Positions 33,315 to 41,302 of a stretch of DNA of 64,000 nucleotides are shown one piece after another. Both the position numbers and the translations under genes were made by a program. The notes beneath the pieces were generated by a model that saw nothing but the letters and a program-made list of their open reading frames with translations, searched no databases and had not been told where the DNA came from. Every line of letters begins with the position of its first letter. Position 1 is the stretch's first letter. The DNA comes from Candidatus Omnitrophota bacterium (GTDB lineage: Bacteria > Omnitrophota > Gorgyraeia > Gygaellales > Profunditerraquicolaceae), in contig JAPLLW010000007.1 in NCBI GenBank assembly GCA_026387355.1, positions 170,198 to 234,197 on the forward strand, read 5' to 3'.

Positions 33315-33636
33315 CCTTAATTATTTTTGGTTTTATACTCTTAGCTTCTTTTTCGTCAGCAGAGACATAGGTTAAAATAACAACTATATCTCCAGGACAA
33401 GCCCCGCGCGCAGCCGGGCCATTAAGACAGATAACTCCGCTATCAGGTTTTCCACAAATAGCATAAGTTTCGATACGCGCCCCATTATTTAAATTCAAAA
33501 CTTCAACCTTCTCGTGCTCTAAAATATCGGCTGCCCGCATTAACTTTTCATCAATAGTAATGCTTCCTTCATAATTAAGATTTGCTTCGGTTACTGTGGC
33601 TCTGTGAACTTTAGATTTTAAAATTGTTCTTAACAT
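33286..33636 (-). CDS. panD: aspartate 1-decarboxylase
   Basis: '[29 protein letters not shown]' with the pyruvoyl-forming 'GS' site. 116 aa. Confidence 0.85.
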   Translation of the reverse strand: MLRTILKSKVHRATVTEANLNYEGSITIDEKLMRAADILEHEKVEVLNLNNGARIETYAICGKPDSGVICLNGPAARGACPGDIVVILTYVSADEKEAKSIKPKIIKVDGRNRIKN

Positions 33637-33646
33637 TTTATCTCCC

Positions 33647-34231
33647 TTACTCTTTTAATGCCTTAGCAAGCTCTTCACCAAATGCTCTTGCTGAAGCCGG
33701 ACCATTAGCGGTAATAATAAAACCGTCCCTTTCAACATCTTTAGCCGTATAATTTACCTGATTATCAATAAGTTCCTGGGAATCCCCTGGAAAAACAGTT
33801 GCTCTTTTATTTTTTAATATCCCTGACTTAGCTAGAGTTACGCTGGCACTACAAATTCCACCGATTATCTTTCCGGATGAATCCGCTTCTTTTAATAGCT
33901 TATGCGCCAAGGGATCATCCCAATAGCTAACGCCCCCCGGGCCACCCACAAAGATTATCGCATCAAAATCCGCCATATTTATGTTGCTAAATAAAATATC
34001 TGGCTTTATCCTAGCGCCTAGGGAACCTTCAGCCTCGCTTAAGTCAGTTGAAGCAACCTTAACATTAATAGCATTTCTTTCCAGGGCTTGTTTTGTATGC
34101 AACAACTCTTCATCCCGAAAACCTTCATGAGAAATAACCATAACCGCTTTTTTCATCGTACCTGACTCCTGCGCAAAACTAAAATTTACCAGACCGAGAA
34201 TTACCAAAAACAAAATCAATAATCGCTTCAT
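33647..34231 (-). CDS. DJ-1/PfpI family protein with signal peptide
   Basis: N-terminal signal peptide. '[15 protein letters not shown]' nucleophile-elbow Cys of DJ-1/PfpI. Confidence 0.7.
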   Translation of the reverse strand: MKRLLILFLVILGLVNFSFAQESGTMKKAVMVISHEGFRDEELLHTKQALERNAINVKVASTDLSEAEGSLGARIKPDILFSNINMADFDAIIFVGGPGGVSYWDDPLAHKLLKEADSSGKIIGGICSASVTLAKSGILKNKRATVFPGDSQELIDNQVNYTAKDVERDGFIITANGPASARAFGEELAKALKE

Positions 34232-34235
34232 ACAC

Positions 34236-35315
34236 TTAGCCCTTGATTAACTTAAATGTTTGTTTTGCGATCATCAATTCTTCGTTAGTCGGAATAACCA
34301 GTATCTTGGGTGATTTCCTGAAATGATTAAAAAGATTCTTAGTAATTTTTTTACGGATTGTCGCCTGATTTTCTCCGATACCACCGGTAAATACAAGACA
34401 GTCGCAACCAGACATAACCGTAATATATGCCCCGATATACTTACGAATGCGATATGCAAAAATATCCCGTGCTAGTCGTGCGCGCATATCCCCGCTATTT
34501 GCCTTAGTCTCTAAAATACGCATATCATTACTTATGCCTGATATACCCTTAAGTCCGCTGGCTTTATTTAACAAATTATCCATCTCATGCATATCTAATC
34601 TCTTTTTACGCATGATATGAGTAATTAAAGCCGGGTCAACATCGCCGCAACGCGTGCCCATAACTAATCCTTCTAAAGGCGTAAATCCCATACTTGTATC
34701 TACAGATTTTCCTTTATCCACAGCGCAAATACTACATCCGTTACCTAAATGACAGGTAATAACTTTAAGCTTATCTATTGGCTTCTTTAATATATGCGCT
34801 GCTTCATGAGCTACATATTCATGACTGGTTCCGTGAAAACCGTATTTTCGGATATTAAATTTTGTATAGAATTCATACGGAAGTCCATAAATATAGGCGT
34901 AATCCGGGATAGTTTGATGAAAGGCGGTGTCAAAAACCGCCACCTGCTTTACTCCTGCCAACAATTTATTGCAGGCAAGAATACCTGCTAAGTTTGCGGG
35001 ATTATGCAGTGGCGCAATACTACAACATTGTTTAATCTTTTTAATTACCGAATCATCTACAATCACCGGCTTCTTAAATGTCTCTGCACCATGCACCACT
35101 CTATGGCCAACCGCATCCACAGAATCAATCTTGCCTAATATCAATTTAAGGCCGGTATAATGGTTAATGATATCCGAACCTTCTTCTCCTATATGCTCAA
35201 TCTTTCCGCAAGTTAAGAGCTTATTCCTTGGCATATCAAAGAACTTATATTTTATGGATGAGCTTCCGCTATTTATAACCAGTATTTTCATATTTTTACT
35301 GCGCCCTAATCGCAC
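34236..35315 (-). CDS. ackA: acetate/propionate/butyrate-family kinase (acetate kinase-like)
   Basis: N-terminal 'ILVINSGSSSIKYKFF' and 'VGHRVVHG'. At 359 aa it is shorter than typical AckA, so an ASKHA acyl-kinase with other specificity is possible. Confidence 0.7.
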   Translation of the reverse strand: MRLGRSKNMKILVINSGSSSIKYKFFDMPRNKLLTCGKIEHIGEEGSDIINHYTGLKLILGKIDSVDAVGHRVVHGAETFKKPVIVDDSVIKKIKQCCSIAPLHNPANLAGILACNKLLAGVKQVAVFDTAFHQTIPDYAYIYGLPYEFYTKFNIRKYGFHGTSHEYVAHEAAHILKKPIDKLKVITCHLGNGCSICAVDKGKSVDTSMGFTPLEGLVMGTRCGDVDPALITHIMRKKRLDMHEMDNLLNKASGLKGISGISNDMRILETKANSGDMRARLARDIFAYRIRKYIGAYITVMSGCDCLVFTGGIGENQATIRKKITKNLFNHFRKSPKILVIPTNEELMIAKQTFKLIKG

Positions 35316-36225
35316 TTACCGCAACACAATCCACAACATCTTCTACAGTACATCCCCGGGAAAGATCGCTCGCAGGTTTATTTAAGCCTAATAATAATGG
35401 TCCCACTGCTCGCGCCCCGGACAAGCGTTGGGTTAATTTATAGCCGATATTACCCGCTTCTAAATTTGGAAAAATTAAAACATTCGCTCTGCCGGCAATT
35501 TGGCTATCCGGAGATTTAATTGCGGCTACCTCAGGATCAATTGCCGCATCTACCTGCATCTCACCATCAGCGAGCATATCTGGGGCTAACTTTTTAAGCA
35601 TAGCTAAGGCCTCAACAATTTTATCAGCGGATTTAGTCTTAGCTGAACCGTGCGTAGAATAACTTAAAAAAGCGACCCTCGGCGTAAGATCTAAAACTTT
35701 TTTTGCTAATTCTGCGGCCGAAAGAGCAATACATGATAGCTGACGCGAATTAGGATCTGGAATCACTCCGCAATCAGCAAATACAAATGTCCCATCTTCA
35801 CCATAAGGGCAGTTAGGGACCTGCATGATAAAACAACTCGAAATTAAGGTGAGTCTTTCGTCTATACCAATACAGCGCATCGTAGACCTGACCATATCCG
35901 CCGTAGTATGCGCGGCCCCTGCAACTAAACCATCAAACTTACCTTCCTTAGTCATCATCGCAGTATAATAAAGAGTATCCTCGAATAACTTTCTAACGGT
36001 ATCAAGATCTATATCTTTAGCCTTATACGTTTCAAAGAATTCCTGGATATAGCGCTCCTTCTCTGAAGCAATAACCATATCTTTACTAAATAGGGTAACT
36101 TTTGCTAACCCTTCACCCTCAATAATCTTAGCTGCTTGTGCAACGCGCTTATCATTATACTCCGGTAAAACTATCGACTTAATCTTTTCTCTCGCCTTCT
36201 CATGAATCTTTTTAATCGTATCCAT
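35296..36225 (-). CDS. pta: phosphate acetyl/butyryltransferase (catalytic PTA_PTB domain only)
   Basis: 309 aa. 'GLVAGAAHTTADMVR' and 'SRGCTVEDVV' align with the E. coli Pta C-terminal catalytic domain. Confidence 0.85.
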   Translation of the reverse strand: MDTIKKIHEKAREKIKSIVLPEYNDKRVAQAAKIIEGEGLAKVTLFSKDMVIASEKERYIQEFFETYKAKDIDLDTVRKLFEDTLYYTAMMTKEGKFDGLVAGAAHTTADMVRSTMRCIGIDERLTLISSCFIMQVPNCPYGEDGTFVFADCGVIPDPNSRQLSCIALSAAELAKKVLDLTPRVAFLSYSTHGSAKTKSADKIVEALAMLKKLAPDMLADGEMQVDAAIDPEVAAIKSPDSQIAGRANVLIFPNLEAGNIGYKLTQRLSGARAVGPLLLGLNKPASDLSRGCTVEDVVDCVAVSAIRAQ

Positions 36226-36227
36226 TT

Positions 36228-37316
36228 TTACATCCCTCTTAATATTCTCTCTAAATCAACATTACGCCTAATTAATTTTACTACCGTTTCAATCTTTTCC
36301 AGGTCATTTGGACGAATCTTAACTGTTAAATCATGTAAAATTGTAGCAACATGGTAAGTATCTAGTTTGGAGAGTAAAACAGGTATCCCTGCTTTACTCA
36401 ATAAATTCATAATTGGCTGCTCAGGCGTAATCCCGCCGGTTAAAACCAAACCGCAAATCTTCAGCTTTTTTTTGTCAATTTCGCTAAAACAACTTAAGAC
36501 AGTCATGATCATATCCTCTCTGTCCCCGGGAGTAATCATAAGACTATCTTCTGTAATAAATTTAACTGCGTCGCGCGGCTCCATCGCACCGATAATAATC
36601 CGAGAAATCGATTGCTCAAGATATTCTTTGCCGCATAAAACATCAAAATCAGTCTCTTCTAAGATCTGCTCAAAGGTTGGCTTGGCAAGCATAGGGTCAT
36701 AAGGAATAACCCCTAATACATTAACCCCTTTTCTCTCAAGCCCTTTCCTAACCAACCGGTTAATCTTGTCATACTTATCAGGAAGAACCTTATTTATGAT
36801 TACCCCTAAAAGCTTTACCCCTTCCCGCTCAAGCAACGCCTTATTCAGAATAATTTCATCTATTGGGCGTCCAACTCCACCCGAAGAAATTAATATTGCT
36901 TTTGAACCTAATAATCTTGCAACAGTGGCATTAGAATGATCGAATACCGAACCTACTCCGGCATGACCTGTGCCTTCGATAATCACCAGGTTCTGACCAC
37001 GGGAGACCCTCTTAAACGAATCTTTTATCTGTTTAGTTATTGAATCCTTGTTCGGCTTAGAGATATACCTTTCTGTAAACCCCTTCTCAACGGCAATCGG
37101 GTTCATATCCTTAAGCCCGCATTTAATCCCACAGACCTCTTCAATTAAAACCGAATCTTCATCAATCTTCAGACCTTCTTCTTCAAGGTAGCGCTGGCCA
37201 ATAGGTTTAATAAATCCGACTTTCTTAAATATTCTTTGGAAGTTACGAATCAAGCCTAAAGATACTGTAGTCTTCCCGTCATTTTGCTTTGTTGCGGCGA
37301 TAAATATCTTCTTCAC
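36228..37316 (-). CDS. stand-alone Pta N-terminal-domain homologue (BioD-like P-loop + DRTGG domain)
   Basis: 'IFIAATKQNDGKTTVSLGLI' P-loop, then a DRTGG-type region. Collinear with the first ~350 aa of E. coli Pta but encoded as a separate ORF immediately upstream of pta. Confidence 0.7.
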   Translation of the reverse strand: MKKIFIAATKQNDGKTTVSLGLIRNFQRIFKKVGFIKPIGQRYLEEEGLKIDEDSVLIEEVCGIKCGLKDMNPIAVEKGFTERYISKPNKDSITKQIKDSFKRVSRGQNLVIIEGTGHAGVGSVFDHSNATVARLLGSKAILISSGGVGRPIDEIILNKALLEREGVKLLGVIINKVLPDKYDKINRLVRKGLERKGVNVLGVIPYDPMLAKPTFEQILEETDFDVLCGKEYLEQSISRIIIGAMEPRDAVKFITEDSLMITPGDREDMIMTVLSCFSEIDKKKLKICGLVLTGGITPEQPIMNLLSKAGIPVLLSKLDTYHVATILHDLTVKIRPNDLEKIETVVKLIRRNVDLERILRGM

Positions 37317-37325
37317 TTAGAATAC

Positions 37326-37646
37326 CTACAGATTTTCTTCTATCTTCTGTTTAAGGCTAGCTTTACTAAGCGCTCCGCTAACCTGGCCCATAATCTTTCC
37401 CTTTTTAAAAAATATCAATGTCGGAATCGACATTACCCCATAATGCGTTGCGCTCTTGGAATTACTATCCACATCCAGCTTACCAATCTTCATCTTCGTT
37501 GAATATTCCTTAGCTAATTCCTCAACCGCTGGAGCGATCATTTTGCAGGGCGCGCACCACTGCGCCCAGAAATCAACCAAAACCGGCAACTCAGACTCTA
37601 AAACTTCTTTCTTAAAATTACCATCGGTGAAATGTTTTATACTCAT
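37326..37646 (-). CDS. trxA: thioredoxin
   Basis: 'VDFWAQWCAPCKMIAP' thioredoxin fold with a CAPC rather than the canonical CGPC active site. 106 aa. Confidence 0.85.
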   Translation of the reverse strand: MSIKHFTDGNFKKEVLESELPVLVDFWAQWCAPCKMIAPAVEELAKEYSTKMKIGKLDVDSNSKSATHYGVMSIPTLIFFKKGKIMGQVSGALSKASLKQKIEENL

Positions 37647-37785
37647 TGCTTAGTCCTTATTTATTAAAGGGTTATTAATACGAAATGCTTAGATAAATTA
37701 TCACAATTGATTGAAAAATGCAAGCGGTTTTAATGATCGGACAACTTACGGAGCGCAAGCGTTCGCAAATCGTTTGCCTCGGGGT

Positions 37786-38181
37786 TTAATGGAGTGAAAA
37801 GCTTTGTGATGGATGACTAAAATCTGAGGAAGGCTTGCTGAAATCATCCGAAGGCCGGCTAAATTCACCCGAGGTTTTATTAAAATCATTTGAGGGTTGG
37901 CTAAAATCATCTGATGGCGAGGAAAAGTTATCTGAAGGTTTATCGAAATCACCTGAAATAGGCGAAAAGTCTATAGAAGAGTCGGAGAAATCTTCTGATG
38001 GCCTTCTAAAATCTCCTGAGGATATATTAAAGTCTTCTGAGGGCATATCAAAATCATCGGAAGGCTCGCTAAAATCCTCCGATGGCTTCTTAAATACAGC
38101 CTCATTAGTATCATTCACAGAAGCTAAAACAAACTGTACAGATAATAATACAAATAAGATTGCATACACTAACCTTTTCAT
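37786..38181 (-). CDS. secreted acidic tandem-repeat protein (PSxDF heptad/octad repeats)
   Basis: Signal peptide 'MKRLVYAILFVLLSVQFVLASV', then about 14 tandem units of 'PS[ED]DF[SND]x'. The plus-strand ORF 37835..38185 is the antisense mirror of the repeats. Confidence 0.5.
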   Translation of the reverse strand: MKRLVYAILFVLLSVQFVLASVNDTNEAVFKKPSEDFSEPSDDFDMPSEDFNISSGDFRRPSEDFSDSSIDFSPISGDFDKPSDNFSSPSDDFSQPSNDFNKTSGEFSRPSDDFSKPSSDFSHPSQSFSLH

Positions 38182-38223
38182 TTAAGCCTTTCTATACATA
38201 TTATAACCGAAAACGTATTTTTT

Positions 38224-39786
38224 TCAAACAGATTTGCCATTGGCGTTAATTTGTTTTGAAAAATAGCCTCCAGTTAGAGAATCTATAGAAGCGGTTAACT
38301 CTTTAACCCGCAGCTCTTTTTCAAAACGTTTTCTGCGATCTTCAATTTGAAGGCTATCCATCTCCATCTTTACGCGAATTCGTTCAAAATAGAGCTTAAC
38401 AACTTCATCTAATATATCGTTGCGCAACTGTACCGTAAGACGGGAACGCGTATCAATAGAAGTTTGATCGTCATTCCAAATCAACTTGCCTAAATCCCAA
38501 CTTAAAACTACCCCCCAATCCAAGCTATCGCGGCCGCGCCTCAATGTATCGTCGTCAGCTTTAGTCGTAGAGCCGCCTTCCCAATGCCATAGATCAGTAG
38601 TATTCCTATCTAATCCAAAATTAACTTCTGGTAGGAGTGCCTTTGCGCAAGCCTGCTTTCGCCAAAGCGCTATCTTCTCAGGGTTAACCTCAGCATAGTT
38701 AATCGCAGCCTGCTGCACACTTTCAATACCGGGTTCTCCTTTAGTATATTCCATAACGATGTCATCTGACATACTCATAAGCTTAAAATTAAGTGCTGCG
38801 CGAAATAATCCCTTATCTGTACAAACGTAAAGATTCGCTTCTTTATCAAATCCCATGAAATTAATTATACTTGCGGGAAGCCCCAAAGATACCTCTTCCC
38901 AGCGATCTCCCTGATATACAAATAAACCTGACTTAGCAATTGCATAAACCTTGGATTTCTCAGAGAGCGCTAAAAACTGTGTGTCTCGGCTAAGTAAACC
39001 ATTATCAGAAAACAGCTCCCAATCAAGCCCCTGGGAACTACTCTTATAAATTCCGCGGTTGGTAGCAAGATATACAGTATTAATATGCTTCGGATCTAAA
39101 GCAATATACTTTACCCCTGAATAGAAATCTTCTTCTTGAGCTCCCTCAACCTCATCTTCAAAATCGCTGCCCTGACCTGAAGTCTTCGTAAAGTAAATCC
39201 TTTGCCAGCTTGACCCTGAATCTAAACTCCTGTATGCACCTGAAGTCGAGGCTATATAAACCTGGCTTAGTTCAATAGATGAACAGGTAATGTTAAATAT
39301 CTGACTTTCCCCAAGCTTACCAGGCTCTTTATGCCACGACCGGCCACCATCATTACTCTTAAACAAACCAGAGTTTGTTCCTAATAGGATTCCGTTTGAC
39401 ACTAAAGCAACCGAAGTACAACTGCCCTCAGAATAATTCTTCCCCTGAAATATCCTCTCCCACCTTTTGCCTGCATCCGAACTAGCATACAAACCTGCAG
39501 CAGTTGCAGCAAATATTCTGTTTTTGACTTGTTTATCAAAAACAAGATAGTTTACACTTCTGTTACTTCCTCTCACCTGTAAGAGATTATTCCAGGTTTC
39601 CCCTCCATCAGCACTCTTAAACAGGCCCTTATCCGAACCTAAATAAACCACTTTTTGATTTCCCGGGTCAACTACTACAAATTTTACATTGACAATACCC
39701 CGACTTACCTCCTGCCAGCTTACTTCGGCACACCAACAAATACTACAGATACTAAATAGTCCCCAAAATACTATCCCCATCTTCAT
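38224..39786 (-). CDS. secreted BNR/Asp-box repeat protein (Ycf48/sortilin-like beta-propeller)
   Basis: Signal peptide. Repeated S-x-D-x-G-x-T/S-W units ('SADGGETWN', 'SSDAGKRWERI', 'SNDGGRSWH', 'SLDSGSSWQRI'). Confidence 0.65.
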   Translation of the reverse strand: MKMGIVFWGLFSICSICWCAEVSWQEVSRGIVNVKFVVVDPGNQKVVYLGSDKGLFKSADGGETWNNLLQVRGSNRSVNYLVFDKQVKNRIFAATAAGLYASSDAGKRWERIFQGKNYSEGSCTSVALVSNGILLGTNSGLFKSNDGGRSWHKEPGKLGESQIFNITCSSIELSQVYIASTSGAYRSLDSGSSWQRIYFTKTSGQGSDFEDEVEGAQEEDFYSGVKYIALDPKHINTVYLATNRGIYKSSSQGLDWELFSDNGLLSRDTQFLALSEKSKVYAIAKSGLFVYQGDRWEEVSLGLPASIINFMGFDKEANLYVCTDKGLFRAALNFKLMSMSDDIVMEYTKGEPGIESVQQAAINYAEVNPEKIALWRKQACAKALLPEVNFGLDRNTTDLWHWEGGSTTKADDDTLRRGRDSLDWGVVLSWDLGKLIWNDDQTSIDTRSRLTVQLRNDILDEVVKLYFERIRVKMEMDSLQIEDRRKRFEKELRVKELTASIDSLTGGYFSKQINANGKSV

Positions 39787-39835
39787 CTTGCCACCTCCTG
39801 CCTTAATAGACGAAGCTAGGAGGATAATCTAACTC

Positions 39836-39866
39836 AAAAAAAATCCCCAAATCTTTCGATTAGGGG
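39836..39866 (-). terminator. rho-independent terminator (minus strand) just upstream of the BNR gene RBS
   Basis: On the minus strand: 'CCCCTAATCGAAAGATTTGGGG' hairpin followed by 'ATTTTTTTT'. Confidence 0.5.
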
Positions 39867-39992
39867 AATTAAAAGCGGCAAGGGGAAATTTAGTTTTTGT
39901 TTGTTTTTTTCCGGGCATTGCCTGCCCGCTGGTAGTTTACCCCTTGCCTCATTGATAAATATAACACATTCTACCCATAATTTCAAGTAGGC

Positions 39993-40064
39993 ACAAAAAA
40001 AAGGGGTCAGAATTATTTATTCTAGCACATAAACTGTTGAATAAATAATTCTGACCCCTTTTTT
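39993..40064. repeat. palindromic mini-repeat element, long-loop form (copy A)
   Basis: Arms 'AAGGGGTCAGAATTATTTATTC' / 'GAATAAATAATTCTGACCCCTT' form a perfect ~24-bp inverted repeat around a 16-nt loop, with A- and T-runs outside. Lies immediately 3' of the gene ending at 40079. Confidence 0.7.
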
Positions 40065-40078
40065 ACCCTTTACTCAAC

Positions 40079-40504
40079 TTACCAAAGGTAATCTTTTATC
40101 TTCTGATCAGCCCTTAAATAAGCATATTCAGGAACCATTACCGGCTTATTATAAGGCGGAACCATGAAAGTCAATGTATCAAATACCCCCGCTCCTGCGC
40201 GAATCACGCTAGTAACTGCTCCCTGAACCAGACCAAATGTTATGCCTGTTAACGGATCAGTTTCATCAGATACTTTACATACCTGAGCTGGAATTTCTGT
40301 CCAGAAACCCACGCTATTCATTACCCCGCGATTCAGCTTGTTTATCGGCCTATCGCCATACGGGATCTTATCCGCATCGATTACAGGAATCGTGTTTATG
40401 CTACCATATTCAATATAATCATCCCCCATTTCATGCGCATACACAAATGAGGTTGCAGCCATTAAAACTACCAAAGCAAAAAGTACTAAAATCAAATTTT
40501 TCAT
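40079..40504 (-). CDS. exosortase-system-associated small secreted protein (TIGR04073-like)
   Basis: Signal peptide plus 'KLNRGVMNSVGFWTEIP...RAGAGVFDTLTFMVP', matching my recollection of the TIGR04073 family pattern (RGxxN...G(W/F)xEIP ... R(T/A)GAG..(E/D)..TF..P). Confidence 0.5.
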   Translation of the reverse strand: MKNLILVLFALVVLMAATSFVYAHEMGDDYIEYGSINTIPVIDADKIPYGDRPINKLNRGVMNSVGFWTEIPAQVCKVSDETDPLTGITFGLVQGAVTSVIRAGAGVFDTLTFMVPPYNKPVMVPEYAYLRADQKIKDYLW

Positions 40505-40535
40505 TTTTCCTCCTCCTTTAATCTACCTGACCCTT

Positions 40536-40778
40536 TTAGGATTTATGAATTTCTTCTATCAGCCTTGCTTTCAAGGTTTTAGCTGAATCTATCTTATCTC
40601 CCGAAATACCCGCCTCCATGGCAAAATCAATCAATCCACGAAGTATTTCGTTATAGGAGAGTTTATGTCCTGTTGAGAAAAGAGCATCTTTGCCTAGTTT
40701 ATCCAGGAAATCTATCTCCTGTCGGCCTAGCATGGTGATAACTCTGTGCACCATGATCTGTTTATCTAGCTTGTTCAT
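40536..40778 (-). CDS. small hypothetical protein (~80 aa)
   Basis: The ORF track starts at 40811, but an ATG at 40778 ('MNKLDKQ...') is preceded by 'AAAAGGGGGTGG' at SD distance. No recognisable domain. Confidence 0.45.
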   Translation of the reverse strand: MNKLDKQIMVHRVITMLGRQEIDFLDKLGKDALFSTGHKLSYNEILRGLIDFAMEAGISGDKIDSAKTLKARLIEEIHKS

Positions 40779-40814
40779 ATTGTACCACCCCCTTTTCAAA
40801 ATGTCCAGCATTAT

Positions 40815-40919
40815 TTATGCCGGCATCCCTAGATATAACCTTATGGCCTGTATGAAATTAAGGTGTCTTTTCTGCGTCCTTCTTCCTCTTTTAACCATCT
40901 TCCTGTGCATGCGTCTCAT
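40815..40919 (-). CDS. candidate 34-aa highly basic micro-ORF (MRRMHRKMVKRGRRTQKRH...)
   Basis: Strong SD 'GAAAAGGAGGGG' 5 nt upstream of the ATG, immediately downstream of the intrinsic terminator of the structured RNA. Not in the ORF track because it is under 60 aa. Confidence 0.2.
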   Translation of the reverse strand: MRRMHRKMVKRGRRTQKRHLNFIQAIRLYLGMPA

Positions 40920-40959
40920 TTTCCCCTCCTTTTCTAGTTCTTACGCTGGGGCTCATAAA

Positions 40960-40988
40960 CAAAAAACCCTAAAAGGCTTATTTAGGGT
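40960..40988 (-). terminator. rho-independent terminator (minus strand)
   Basis: Minus strand: 'CCCTAAAtaagcctTTTAGGG' followed by 'TTTTTTGTTT'. Confidence 0.55.
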
Positions 40989-41260
40989 TCATCCTTTTGG
41001 TAACCCCGCTATCCGCCACACTTCATGACGGACCGGAAGCTTTGCCTCTGCTTCGCTCTTTAATTAATGACTTATTAACTTTCGAGCTTCGCAGAGCCCT
41101 ACGAAGTCCGTCATAGCTTTTTCAAGCCTATTAAAGGACGAAGTAGGGGCCCCAACATTACTGTTAGTTTGCCTCCGCCACACTTCGTGGCGGACCCGCC
41201 ATCTTTGTGGCGGGTTTATCACTAGGTCAAATGCACCAAATTGTCAAAGTGTCAAATTAC
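40960..41260 (-). ncRNA. candidate ~300-nt highly structured small RNA or long leader (unclassified)
   Basis: Bounded by a near-consensus sigma70 promoter (41261-41296) and an intrinsic terminator (40960-40988). Contains several perfect GC-rich hairpins ('CCCGCCAcaaagaTGGCGGG', 'CCGCCACgaagtGTGGCGG', 'GGGGCCCC') and nested long-range pairings ('TGACGGAC'...'GTCCGTCA'). No match recognised to RNase P, SRP, tmRNA, 6S or common riboswitch cores. Confidence 0.3.
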
Positions 41261-41296
41261 ACTTGAAGTATAACATATTTTTTTGGCATTTGTCAA
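41261..41296 (-). promoter_or_regulatory. sigma70-type promoter (minus strand): TTGACA, 18-nt spacer, TATACT
   Basis: Minus-strand reading 'caccTTGACAaatgccaaaaaaatatgtTATACTtcaagtg'. Two further TTGACA hexamers follow within 40 nt downstream. Confidence 0.5.
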
Positions 41297-41302
41297 GGTG
41301 CC

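Noticed and set aside
37835-38185. 116-aa plus-strand ORF over the repeat protein
   Set aside because: It is a mirror-image translation of the tandem repeats. The minus-strand frame has a signal peptide and fits the operon orientation.
40690-41028. 112-aa plus-strand ORF across the structured RNA region
   Set aside because: It overlaps the minus-strand promoter/RNA/terminator unit and micro-ORF. Its hydrophobic low-complexity translation is typical of AT-rich antisense frames.
41025-41045. SRP-RNA-like 'GGACCGGAAGC' (GGAA tetraloop) on the plus strand
   Set aside because: The surrounding sequence does not reproduce the SRP helix-8 symmetric loops (GGAAGCAGC). No matching 5' or 3' domain was found.
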